64,000 bases of DNA from the NCBI GenBank assembly GCA_947066105.1, contig CAMSYM010000008.1, positions 26,695 to 90,694 of the forward strand. The letters run 5' to 3'. The position numbers and the translations under genes are program-made. The notes under the pieces are model-generated. The model saw nothing but the letters and a program-made list of their open reading frames with translations, ran no database searches and was not told where the DNA came from. Source of the DNA: an uncultured Clostridia bacterium (GTDB lineage Bacteria > Bacillota > Clostridia > Christensenellales > Pumilibacteraceae). Position 1 is the first letter of the stretch. Every line of letters begins with the position of its first letter. Below, in pieces: positions 56,701-64,000 of the stretch.

Positions 56701-58482
56701 GGCGTATCGCTAAACGACGGCGGCTCGCCGAGCGACGTGACGTACGCTTTAAAGGACGGAAGCGAACTTCCCGACGGACTGACTTTGCGCGCGGACGGAG
56801 TGATATCGGGTTCGGCGGCAATGCAGTCGGAGGCGGCGGAATTTACGGTAGTCGCCAAGTACGGGTTTGCCGAGCGCGAAGCGACGTTCACTTTGCCCGT
56901 AGTCGACAAAGATCTTTCGGTCATTTACATCAAACAGCAAAATACAGTCGACGGGTTTGTCGGCGCGGAGCTTAACGAGCGCGTCGACTGGGCATACACG
57001 CTCGACGGCAAAAAACACGATATAAAGTACGGTCTGGCGGACGGGTGCCAAATGCCGTCGGGCTTGACGCTCGGTACGGACGGCGTTATATCGGGCAAAT
57101 CCGAATTGCCGTTCACCGATTACGAAGTGACGGTGCGCGCCGAGAGCGACGGGTTGTTGCCCATGTCCGTCAAGCTCGTTTTGAATATGTACAACGAGCA
57201 ACGCTTCAAGCCGAGCGCGCTCAAAAACGCCAAGCTCGGCACGCCGTATGCGGAAAGCGTTGTCGTCGGCGCGGACGGAACGGCAAAGTACGCATTGCGC
57301 ACGGGCGACAGTCTGCCGCAGGGCTTGACGCTTACCGAGCGCGGCTATATAACGGGAACGCCGACGGAAGCGGGGCTTAAAACGTTTACGGTCATTGCGT
57401 CGGGCGCATACGTCAAAACGCAGGAGCAAACGTTCTCGCTTGACGTAGGCATTCGTTACGATAATTTCACGCCCGCCGACGGTACGGTCGGAGCGAAATA
57501 CGAAACGTATATCAATTTCGCTCAGGGCGCGACCGACGTCAAATACAGTCTTACGGACGGCGCGTTGCCGCGCGGTATCACTCTCACGCGCGACGGGCTT
57601 TTAACGGGAACGCCGACGGAAAGCGGAAACTTCGCGTTTACCGTGACCGCTCGGTCGGGCGCTCTTTCGGACAGCGTTACCGCCAATCTGCATATCGCCG
57701 CCGCGGCGTCGCATACGGCGTATTATGCGGGATTGGGCATAGGCATAGCCGCGATCGTCATAGCGACGGCGGGTTGCGTCGTGTATTTGCTCGTTATAGA
57801 CAAGCGCAATTACGCGGACGGCAGCAAAGCCAAGCTCAACAAGACGTTTATCAAGATAGCGTCGCCGATAGTGGGCGTGATGCTCGTTTGCGTCATAACG
57901 CTTGGCGCGGTCCTTGCGCCGACGGCGGCTGCGGGCAAGCTCGAAACATATACGTTCGAAGCGGAATATGTGTATCTCGACGAATTCATGGGCGCGGGTA
58001 TAAGCAATTCAGGCGAAGGCGTTAACAACATTTACGGCGACGGCGGCGAAAACGACATAAACAAGGGTTGGAGCAACGGTTATTTCTTGGGAAATACGTA
58101 CGCCAAAAATTCGATAACGTTCGAGATAACGTCGGATAAAGCGGCGGACGGCAAGCTTGTTTTACGGCTTGCGTCCGAGCTGGGCAATCTCGCGCTCGAT
58201 AACAGCGTGTTCGGACTGGAAGTCAACGGAAAGGAAGTGGAATACAGCTTGACCGTTGCCAATTCGGCGGCAGGCTCGTACGACTTTGCCGATTATCCGA
58301 TCTCGGCTGTCGTAAAGCTGGGCGAAGGCGTAAACACCGTCACGCTCACGATAAAAGACAACACGTTAAAGGACGGCAACAGCATAGGCGCGCCGCTCAT
58401 CGACTGCATACGCATAACGACGGACGCTACGCTCACTTGGTCGCCGCTGACCGATAATCCCGACAACCGCGGCAAGATATAA
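53755..58482 (+). CDS. GH3 beta-glycosidase 4 (permuted) with four Ig-like (He_PIG-type) repeats, TM hairpin and C-terminal CBM-like domain
   Basis: SEGATLLKNE, YKEGIYSGYRYYET, HEDGP, KHFAVNDQE, VITD. Repeats LPxGLTLxxDGxISGTP. Confidence 0.9.
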   Translation: MKMRKNKMYKATASIFAAALIATSAFGVAPAIRVAANNAGGGMPSEISESSASAKTLKKSPVNGNYYFADYDSSQEAFEAGDRLNKDIISEGATLLKNENSLPLKAGAKVSIFGKRSANNLRYGGAGSGAGSGGAKITLAQSLERAGLSVNAALTSFYNNNNQSGSAGGDLNSYGVYAGPKNGFETPVAKLKQYVNESTYSEYGDAAIIVISRAGSEAGDLTKGMATGYGGDGRLNGTPVSGARNADDHYLQLDQNETDLIKYVGDRFDNVIVLFNTGSQMEVGFLDDENHYAYHKNIKGAMWIGFPGNGNGLEAVGEILAGKISPSGHTVDTYARDFKLDPTWSNMPTYTNNLFVYSNYSSKSFVNYKEGIYSGYRYYETRGFTEGDDAYVSGGENTDVIHGTNTTEWDDWYDAHVVYPFGYGLSYTSFDWEFVSSTLPDDGVIDRDDEISVSVKVTNTGEYAGKDVVQLYYTAPYTAGGIEKSYVALCGYAKTGVLAPDESQVVTMSVKARDMASYDHNDANKNGFKGYELEAGDYVLNVSRNAHDAVIKKAFKVAGDGFKYAENEIGVIVENRFADAEAENTVYLSRKDFAGTFPKEPTAEERIAAQTVTDKVAETSDSNKIVAGDDPSDPYYASEMPVTGADNGVKLVDLYGLDYESADWELFLDQLSVGDKTTRGTMTNAVWESGWTSFGNSALGIPDFHHEDGPSGIAGRYVSGGNYTNFASETVTASTWNKELAERKGNIIGNQGLFGNGSSHVEALYAPACNIHRSPFGGRNFEYFSEDAYLSGEMAGNIVAGCNEKGMITFVKHFAVNDQESKRDTLLTWANEQTIREVYLRPFQICVEKYESHGMMSALNNLGAVWTGGHYELLTDVLRGEWGFDGVVITDYVQGRGQLNGNMALRAGGDILLATSGSVQNPAGLDKPTTVANLRRATHNLYYNIVNYTAAFNKSVINAMGAYDGGTLAPAIDSMDYEQSVAGVSLNDGGSPSDVTYALKDGSELPDGLTLRADGVISGSAAMQSEAAEFTVVAKYGFAEREATFTLPVVDKDLSVIYIKQQNTVDGFVGAELNERVDWAYTLDGKKHDIKYGLADGCQMPSGLTLGTDGVISGKSELPFTDYEVTVRAESDGLLPMSVKLVLNMYNEQRFKPSALKNAKLGTPYAESVVVGADGTAKYALRTGDSLPQGLTLTERGYITGTPTEAGLKTFTVIASGAYVKTQEQTFSLDVGIRYDNFTPADGTVGAKYETYINFAQGATDVKYSLTDGALPRGITLTRDGLLTGTPTESGNFAFTVTARSGALSDSVTANLHIAAAASHTAYYAGLGIGIAAIVIATAGCVVYLLVIDKRNYADGSKAKLNKTFIKIASPIVGVMLVCVITLGAVLAPTAAAGKLETYTFEAEYVYLDEFMGAGISNSGEGVNNIYGDGGENDINKGWSNGYFLGNTYAKNSITFEITSDKAADGKLVLRLASELGNLALDNSVFGLEVNGKEVEYSLTVANSAAGSYDFADYPISAVVKLGEGVNTVTLTIKDNTLKDGNSIGAPLIDCIRITTDATLTWSPLTDNPDNRGKI

Positions 58483-58511
58483 AAAGTATTTTACGGGAGA
58501 TCGCAGATATC

Positions 58512-60038
58512 ATGAAAAACAGGTTCAAAAAGCTTATGCTCGCAATATTCGCTATGACGGCGGTCGCAATGTGCGTGTTGGCGCTGGCGGCGTGCAGCGG
58601 TGGATATGTGGAAAAGCTGTCCGTAAAGGGCAAGATGTACTACATGGTCGGCGACGAGTTTGCCGGTGCGACGCTGACTGTCACGTATTCGGACGGCAGG
58701 CGCGAGCAGGTGGACGTCACTGCCGATATGGCGAACGGGTTCGATACGACGGTCGCAGGCAACAAAACGATAGCGGTCGTTTACGGCGGCAAGACGGTCG
58801 CCTTTGATATAACCGTGTCGGAGCTGTACGCGTCGGGCATATCCGTCGCCGACGGCGGCAAGACCGAATATCTTATCGGAACGCAATATGCGGACGGCGA
58901 CGCGAGTATAAACGTTTCGTATACCGACGGCACGGTGCAGACCGTTCCGATAACGGGCGGAATGATCTCCGGGCTGGACACGACTGTCGAAGGAGAAAAA
59001 ACGGTCAGCGTCAAGTATGGAATGCTGGACACGGCGTATACCGTGACGGTGCGCTATCCGTACGTCGTTTCGGCTACCGTCGCAAGCTCGACCAAAAGCG
59101 TGTACCGCGTGGGCGACGAGTTCGGCGGCGTGACGCTGGACGTGGTTTACGAGGACGATACGAGCGGCTCGGTGACCTTGACCGATATCGAGAGAGTAAA
59201 GGGCTTCGATACTACGGGCATAGGTCCGCGCACCGTGCGCGTCACGTACCGCAACCGTACGGTAAGTTACGACATACAAGTGCTTAAAGCGATAGCGGGC
59301 GTTACCGTAAAGAGCAGCGTCGGCATGTACGCAAAGGGCGACGCGTTCAAGGGCGCGGAGCTTGCGGTGGAATATGCCGACGGCACGAGCGAAACCGTTG
59401 CGGTCACGCCCGAAATGCTGACGGAGTTCGATACTATGCAAGTGGGCGATCGGACCGTCAAGCTGATGTTTGAAAACAGGGAGCTTACGTTCGGCATAAC
59501 CGTTTACGGCAAGTTCGCGGACGACGGCGGCGACAACAAGATACAGGTCGAAGACGGCGATCTCGTCGATATGAGCGGCGCGCAATTGCAAAGCGGCGCG
59601 GCAAGCAAGTTTGAAAGCACGACAAAAAATGCGCAAAACGAAGAATATTCAAACGGCGCGGAAGGATCGAGTACGGCGAATATTTCCGTTCAAGGCAATA
59701 AGATAGTTATCCGCTTTATCGCCGAGCGCGCCGGCAAGTATAAGCTGGGCATGCGCGCGCAGTCGGGCAGCGACGCCGGCAAAAGCGACGTCAAAGTCGC
59801 CGACGCATTCGATATATATGTCAACGGCGACATAAAGACGGCGAGCGGCGTCATACAAAAGGGGAGCGCCACGGGCGTCAACTGGAAGGATATGACTAAC
59901 TGGACGTTGCTCGACGATCTCGTCGGCGAGATCGATATCGTCGCGGGACTTAACGAGATAGAGCTCGCGTTCAAGGGCGGCACGGCGCAGACCATGCGGT
60001 TCCCCAATATCGACTATTTCGTCCTTACCGCGGTGTGA
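58512..60038 (+). CDS. Lipoprotein with four Big_3-type repeats and C-terminal CBM-like domain
   Basis: Lipobox LAAC. Repeats YxVGDEFxGATLTVTYSDG..GFDT. C-terminus ends RFPNIDYF. Confidence 0.75.
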   Translation: MKNRFKKLMLAIFAMTAVAMCVLALAACSGGYVEKLSVKGKMYYMVGDEFAGATLTVTYSDGRREQVDVTADMANGFDTTVAGNKTIAVVYGGKTVAFDITVSELYASGISVADGGKTEYLIGTQYADGDASINVSYTDGTVQTVPITGGMISGLDTTVEGEKTVSVKYGMLDTAYTVTVRYPYVVSATVASSTKSVYRVGDEFGGVTLDVVYEDDTSGSVTLTDIERVKGFDTTGIGPRTVRVTYRNRTVSYDIQVLKAIAGVTVKSSVGMYAKGDAFKGAELAVEYADGTSETVAVTPEMLTEFDTMQVGDRTVKLMFENRELTFGITVYGKFADDGGDNKIQVEDGDLVDMSGAQLQSGAASKFESTTKNAQNEEYSNGAEGSSTANISVQGNKIVIRFIAERAGKYKLGMRAQSGSDAGKSDVKVADAFDIYVNGDIKTASGVIQKGSATGVNWKDMTNWTLLDDLVGEIDIVAGLNEIELAFKGGTAQTMRFPNIDYFVLTAV

Positions 60039-60049
60039 CGGTAAAAAGT

Positions 60050-60083
60050 TCGGCGGTCTTGCGTAACGGCAAGACCGCTTTTC
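60050..60083 (+). terminator. Terminator ending GH3 cluster 2
   Basis: GCGGTCTTGC / GCAAGACCGC stem followed by TTTT. Confidence 0.7.
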
Positions 60084-60179
60084 CGTTTGTCGAAACCAAA
60101 GCGGAGCGAGCGAAACCGTGTACGTTCGCGGGCGCGGGGTCTTGCGAGTTTTTGCGTGCGGCGAATGGCGTTAAAATGC

Positions 60180-60209
60180 TTGACAAGGCGCGCGTTATTC
60201 GGTTATAAT
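60180..60209 (+). promoter_or_regulatory. sigmaA promoter of the str operon
   Basis: TTGACA, 18 bp spacer, TATAAT. Confidence 0.7.
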
Positions 60210-60303
60210 AAAGAGTACGCGCGGAAAAGCGCGTATAGCTCTTATTCGGATCACGGTTCGGAGTGGGGCGGCAATACTACTATTAAAAGGAGGTAGAGTA
60301 ACG

Positions 60304-60675
60304 ATGCCTACGATCAATCAGCTTGTTAGGAAGGGTCGGCAAAAGGTCGAGTATAAGTCCATGAGTCCTATTCTCGACAACAATCCGCAAAAGCGCGGCG
60401 TGTGCCTTTCGGTCACGACCACTACGCCTAAAAAGCCGAATTCCGCTTTGCGCAAGATCGCGCGTGTGCGCCTTGTCAACAAGATGGAAGGTACGGTTTA
60501 TATCCCGGGAATCGGTCACAACTTGCAGGAACACTCGGTTGTGCTCGTCCGTGGCGGCAGAGTGAAGGATTTGCCCGGTGTGCGGTATCACATCATACGC
60601 GGTGCGTTAGACACTGCGGGTGTAGCCAAACGCAAGCAAGCCCGCTCAAAGTACGGCGCAAAACGCGCGAAATAA
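60304..60675 (+). CDS. rpsL: 30S ribosomal protein S12
   Basis: [19 protein letters not shown] and [13 protein letters not shown] motifs. Confidence 0.98.
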   Translation: MPTINQLVRKGRQKVEYKSMSPILDNNPQKRGVCLSVTTTTPKKPNSALRKIARVRLVNKMEGTVYIPGIGHNLQEHSVVLVRGGRVKDLPGVRYHIIRGALDTAGVAKRKQARSKYGAKRAK

Positions 60676-60687
60676 TAGGCTCTGTCT

Positions 60688-60841
60688 CTCAACGCTCGCA
60701 CCGCGTCTTGCTGTGATTTTCGGCGCTTGCTTTGTTGCGGCTTCTCGACGTAGCGCTGCTACGACTTCGTCGCCGCGCCGCGTAATCGCTCGAAAATCCC
60801 GACGCAATACGTTGATGCTCGCGTTGTTCGACATTCGCAAT
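60688..60841. repeat. Palindromic REP/MITE-like element, copy 1
   Basis: Core TCTTGCTGT...TCGACGT...TACGACTTC...CCGACGCAA is shared with 61560-61663 and 63900-64000. Confidence 0.8.
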
Positions 60842-61060
60842 GCTCTGTCTGTATGTAAAATGCAGATAAGAATATTGCTCATAGACCTAAAAGCTTTGTC
60901 TCGTAATGTTCGCCGTATACGCTTTGTATGTCAAAGTGTAAGCGGGATATTGCGCGCACGGGTTTTATTTCGCAAATTTTGTTCCGCAACGCTTTTCTTT
61001 ATTATATATAGGGAAAGCACAACGGGCGTACGCCCGAAAAATTCGAATAAGGAGATAATC

Positions 61061-61531
61061 ATGCCGAGAAGAAGCGGGGTCCCCAAACGGGACGTATTAC
61101 CCGATCCTATTTATAACAGCAAGGTCGTTACCAAGCTCGTCAATCAGATCATGCTCGACGGCAAAAAAGGTACGGCTCAGGCTATCGTGTACGACGCGTT
61201 TTCCATTATGAAGGAAAAAACGTCGCTCGAACCGGTGGACGTTTTCAATCAAGCTATGGCAAACGTCAAACCGCAATTGGAAGTCAAGGCGCGCAGAGTG
61301 GGCGGCTCTACTTATCAAGTGCCGCTCGAAATTCGTGCCGACCGTCAGCAAACGCTCGCTATCCGTTGGATAGTCATGTTCGCACGCAAGCGCGGCGAAA
61401 AGACGATGGACGAGCGGCTTGCGGGCGAGCTTATCGACGCGTACAACAATACGGGCGCGGCGGTCAAGCGCAAAGAGGAAATGCACAGAGTTGCGGAAGC
61501 CAACAAGGCGTTCGCGCATTTCCGTTGGTAA
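61061..61531 (+). CDS. rpsG: 30S ribosomal protein S7
   Basis: MPRR...[26 protein letters not shown] and [12 protein letters not shown] motifs. Confidence 0.98.
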   Translation: MPRRSGVPKRDVLPDPIYNSKVVTKLVNQIMLDGKKGTAQAIVYDAFSIMKEKTSLEPVDVFNQAMANVKPQLEVKARRVGGSTYQVPLEIRADRQQTLAIRWIVMFARKRGEKTMDERLAGELIDAYNNTGAAVKRKEEMHRVAEANKAFAHFRW

Positions 61532-61534
61532 TCG

Positions 61535-61690
61535 CTTGCTCAAAGCGACTTGCGCGACATCTTGCTGTCGATTTTGCCGCTAAGTGCGTTAACGCCTTTT
61601 CGACGTGGCGCTGCTACGACTTCAAAGGCGTTGCCTTCTTACCGACAAAATCGCCGACGCAATCTCGTCACGTCGTCGCTATCGCAAGCT
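61535..61690. repeat. Palindromic REP/MITE-like element, copy 2
   Basis: Same core as copy 1 with different but complementary stem arms. Confidence 0.8.
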
Positions 61691-61770
61691 ATCACATCTT
61701 TAATTAATAAATATAGACCATAATTCCGAATTCCGAATTTCGAATTCCGAATTGATTAAGAGGAATAATC

Positions 61771-63870
61771 ATGGCAAGACAATTCAAACTTGAAAACACG
61801 CGCAATATCGGTATCATGGCGCATATCGACGCGGGTAAAACAACAACGTCCGAGCGTATTTTGTTCTACACCGGCAAGGTGCACAAGATAGGCGAGGTCC
61901 ACGACGGCGGCGCGACAATGGACTGGATGGTCCAAGAACAGGAGCGCGGCATAACCATTACGTCGGCGGCGACCACCACGCAGTGGCAGACTGCGCCCGA
62001 TCAGCCGTTGGTGCGTATCAACCTTATAGATACCCCGGGACACGTCGACTTTACGGTCGAGGTCGAGCGTTCGCTCAAAGTTTTGGACGGCGCGGTCGCG
62101 GTGTTCTGCGCAAAGGGCGGCGTCGAGCCGCAGTCCGAGACCGTTTGGCGTCAGGCGGACAAGTACGGCGTGCCGCGTATAGCGTACGTCAACAAGATGG
62201 ATATCAACGGCGCAAACTTCTTCAACGTGCTAAACATGATGAAGACGCGTTTGGGCGCACATCCCGTCGCTTTGCAGATCCCTATCGGTAAGGAAGACAC
62301 GTTTAAGGGCATGGTCGACCTTATCACCATGAAAGCGGAGATTTACGAAGACGATCTGGGCAAGACCATCAACGAGACCGATATCCCCGAAGAGTACAAG
62401 GCGCAAGCGGAAGAATACCGCGGCATACTTTTGGAAGCCGTTGCGGAAACCGACGACGCGCTCATGGAAAAATACTTCGCCGGCGAAGAGCTGTCCGTGG
62501 AAGAGATCCGCACTGCTGTGCGCAAGGCTACGCTCGATATGACGATGAACCCCGTATTCTGCGGCTCGTCGTACAAGAACAAGGGCGTGCAAAAGCTTCT
62601 CGACGCCGTCGTTTACTACTTGCCGAGCCCCGTCGATATCGCGCATATCAAGGGCACCGACCCGAAAGGCGAGGAAGCCGAGCGCAAGACGGACGACAAC
62701 GAGCCGTTCTCCGGCTTGGCGTTCAAGATCGCCGCGGACCCGTTTGTCGGTAAGCTCGCGTTTTTCCGTTGTTACAGCGGCGTATGTCCTGCGGGATCGT
62801 ACGTACTCAATTCGACCAAAGGCAAAAAGGAACGCATAGGGCGCTTGCTGTTGATGCACGCCAATTCGCGTACCGATATCGAAGAAGTCCGCGCGGGCGA
62901 TATTTGCGCGATAGTCGGACTCAAAGATACGACGACGGGCGACACGCTTTGCGACGCTTCGCACCCGATCGTGCTCGAAAGCATGGAATTCCCCGAGCCG
63001 GTCATTCGCGTAGCTATCGAACCCAAGACCAAAGCCGGTCAGGAAAAAATGACCATGGCGCTCATCAAACTCGCGGAAGAAGACCCCACGTTCAAGACCT
63101 ATACCGATCAGGAAACGGGTCAAACGATAATCGCGGGCATGGGCGAGCTGCATCTCGACATCATCGTCGATCGCTTGCTCCGCGAATTCAAGGTGGAAGC
63201 CAACGTCGGTAAGCCGCAGGTCGCGTACCGCGAAACTATCCGCAAAAAGGTGGAAGCCGAAGGTAAGTATATCCGTCAGTCGGGCGGTAAAGGTCAGTAC
63301 GGTCACTGTAAGGTCATTATGGAGCCGCTCGAACAGGGCAGCGGCTACGTATTCGAGGACAAGACCGTCGGCGGTTCCGTTCCGAAGGAATATATCCCCG
63401 CAGTCGACAACGGTATACAGGAAGCGCGCATGAGCGGTATACTCGCCGGTTACGAGTGCGTGGACTTTAAGGTAACGTTGTACGACGGAAGCTATCACGA
63501 AGTCGACTCGTCCGAAATGGCGTTTAAGATCGCGGGCTCGATGGCGTTTAAGGACGGCATGAAAAAGGGCGACGCGTTCTTGCTCGAACCTATCATGAAG
63601 GTCGACGTAACGCTCCCCGACGAGTATCTCGGCGACGTTATGGGCAACGTGTCCGCGCGTCGCGGCACGATATTCGGCACCGACCTTGTCAACGGCAGCC
63701 AGATAATCCATGCGGAGATCCCGCTGTCCGAAATGTTCGGCTACGCGACCGATCTTCGTTCGCGTACGCAGGGTCGCGGCAACTACACCATGCAGTTCGA
63801 TCACTATGCCGAAGTTCCGCGCAATATAGCGGAGAAGGTAATAGGCGAGCGTAGCAAAGCCCAAGCTTGA
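61771..63870 (+). CDS. fusA: Elongation factor G
   Basis: [31 protein letters not shown] and [12 protein letters not shown] motifs. Confidence 0.99.
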   Translation: MARQFKLENTRNIGIMAHIDAGKTTTSERILFYTGKVHKIGEVHDGGATMDWMVQEQERGITITSAATTTQWQTAPDQPLVRINLIDTPGHVDFTVEVERSLKVLDGAVAVFCAKGGVEPQSETVWRQADKYGVPRIAYVNKMDINGANFFNVLNMMKTRLGAHPVALQIPIGKEDTFKGMVDLITMKAEIYEDDLGKTINETDIPEEYKAQAEEYRGILLEAVAETDDALMEKYFAGEELSVEEIRTAVRKATLDMTMNPVFCGSSYKNKGVQKLLDAVVYYLPSPVDIAHIKGTDPKGEEAERKTDDNEPFSGLAFKIAADPFVGKLAFFRCYSGVCPAGSYVLNSTKGKKERIGRLLLMHANSRTDIEEVRAGDICAIVGLKDTTTGDTLCDASHPIVLESMEFPEPVIRVAIEPKTKAGQEKMTMALIKLAEEDPTFKTYTDQETGQTIIAGMGELHLDIIVDRLLREFKVEANVGKPQVAYRETIRKKVEAEGKYIRQSGGKGQYGHCKVIMEPLEQGSGYVFEDKTVGGSVPKEYIPAVDNGIQEARMSGILAGYECVDFKVTLYDGSYHEVDSSEMAFKIAGSMAFKDGMKKGDAFLLEPIMKVDVTLPDEYLGDVMGNVSARRGTIFGTDLVNGSQIIHAEIPLSEMFGYATDLRSRTQGRGNYTMQFDHYAEVPRNIAEKVIGERSKAQA

Positions 63871-63889
63871 TAAGCCTATTTTCAAGCAT

Positions 63890-64000
63890 TCGTGCGACAT
63901 CTTGCTGTCGTTTTCGGCGATGACCGCGTTGCAGCCGCTCGACGTATAGTGAACATACGACTTCGCGGCTGCGCCTTGTTCTCGCTCGAAAACGCCGACG
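63890..64000. repeat. Palindromic REP/MITE-like element, copy 3 (truncated by the window end)
   Basis: GCGACATCTTGCTGTCG...TCGACGTA...TACGACTTC...CCGACG. Confidence 0.75.

Noticed and set aside
60304-60675. Streptomycin-resistance allele of rpsL
   Set aside because: The lysines in PKKPNS and RVKDLPG are wild type

Overview
The window is a chromosomal segment of a GC-rich, CpG-rich, probably spore-forming Clostridia-type Firmicute (yabP/yabQ, Spo0A-like domain, sigmaA promoters). Housekeeping content: iscS-iscU, tex, glf, sod, rplM-rpsI, tRNA-Ser(GGA) and rpsL-rpsG-fusA. Accessory content: a BspA-type LRR lipoprotein with Cys/His repeats, a MarR regulator with a heterodimeric ABC exporter, a preQ1-riboswitch-controlled queuine salvage pair (radical SAM plus YhhQ-type transporter), and a single AT-rich DUF262/HNH defence gene just after the tRNA. 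The main candidate for an undescribed system is a two-part, transporter-less, cell-surface glycosidase locus (30.3-37.7 kb and 45.2-60.0 kb). It holds four membrane-anchored, domain-permuted GH3 enzymes and three lipoproteins with Ig-like and/or CBM-like domains, under a LytTR/GHKL pair. Its G10 tract in a promoter spacer and G9 tract in a 5' coding region suggest phase variation. The non-coding DNA carries several repeat families: REP-like palindromes, heptamer runs, and a covarying hairpin in each str-operon spacer. There is also a candidate C-loop small RNA. I saw no CRISPR array, integrase or transposase. All family assignments come from motif recognition by eye, not database searches.
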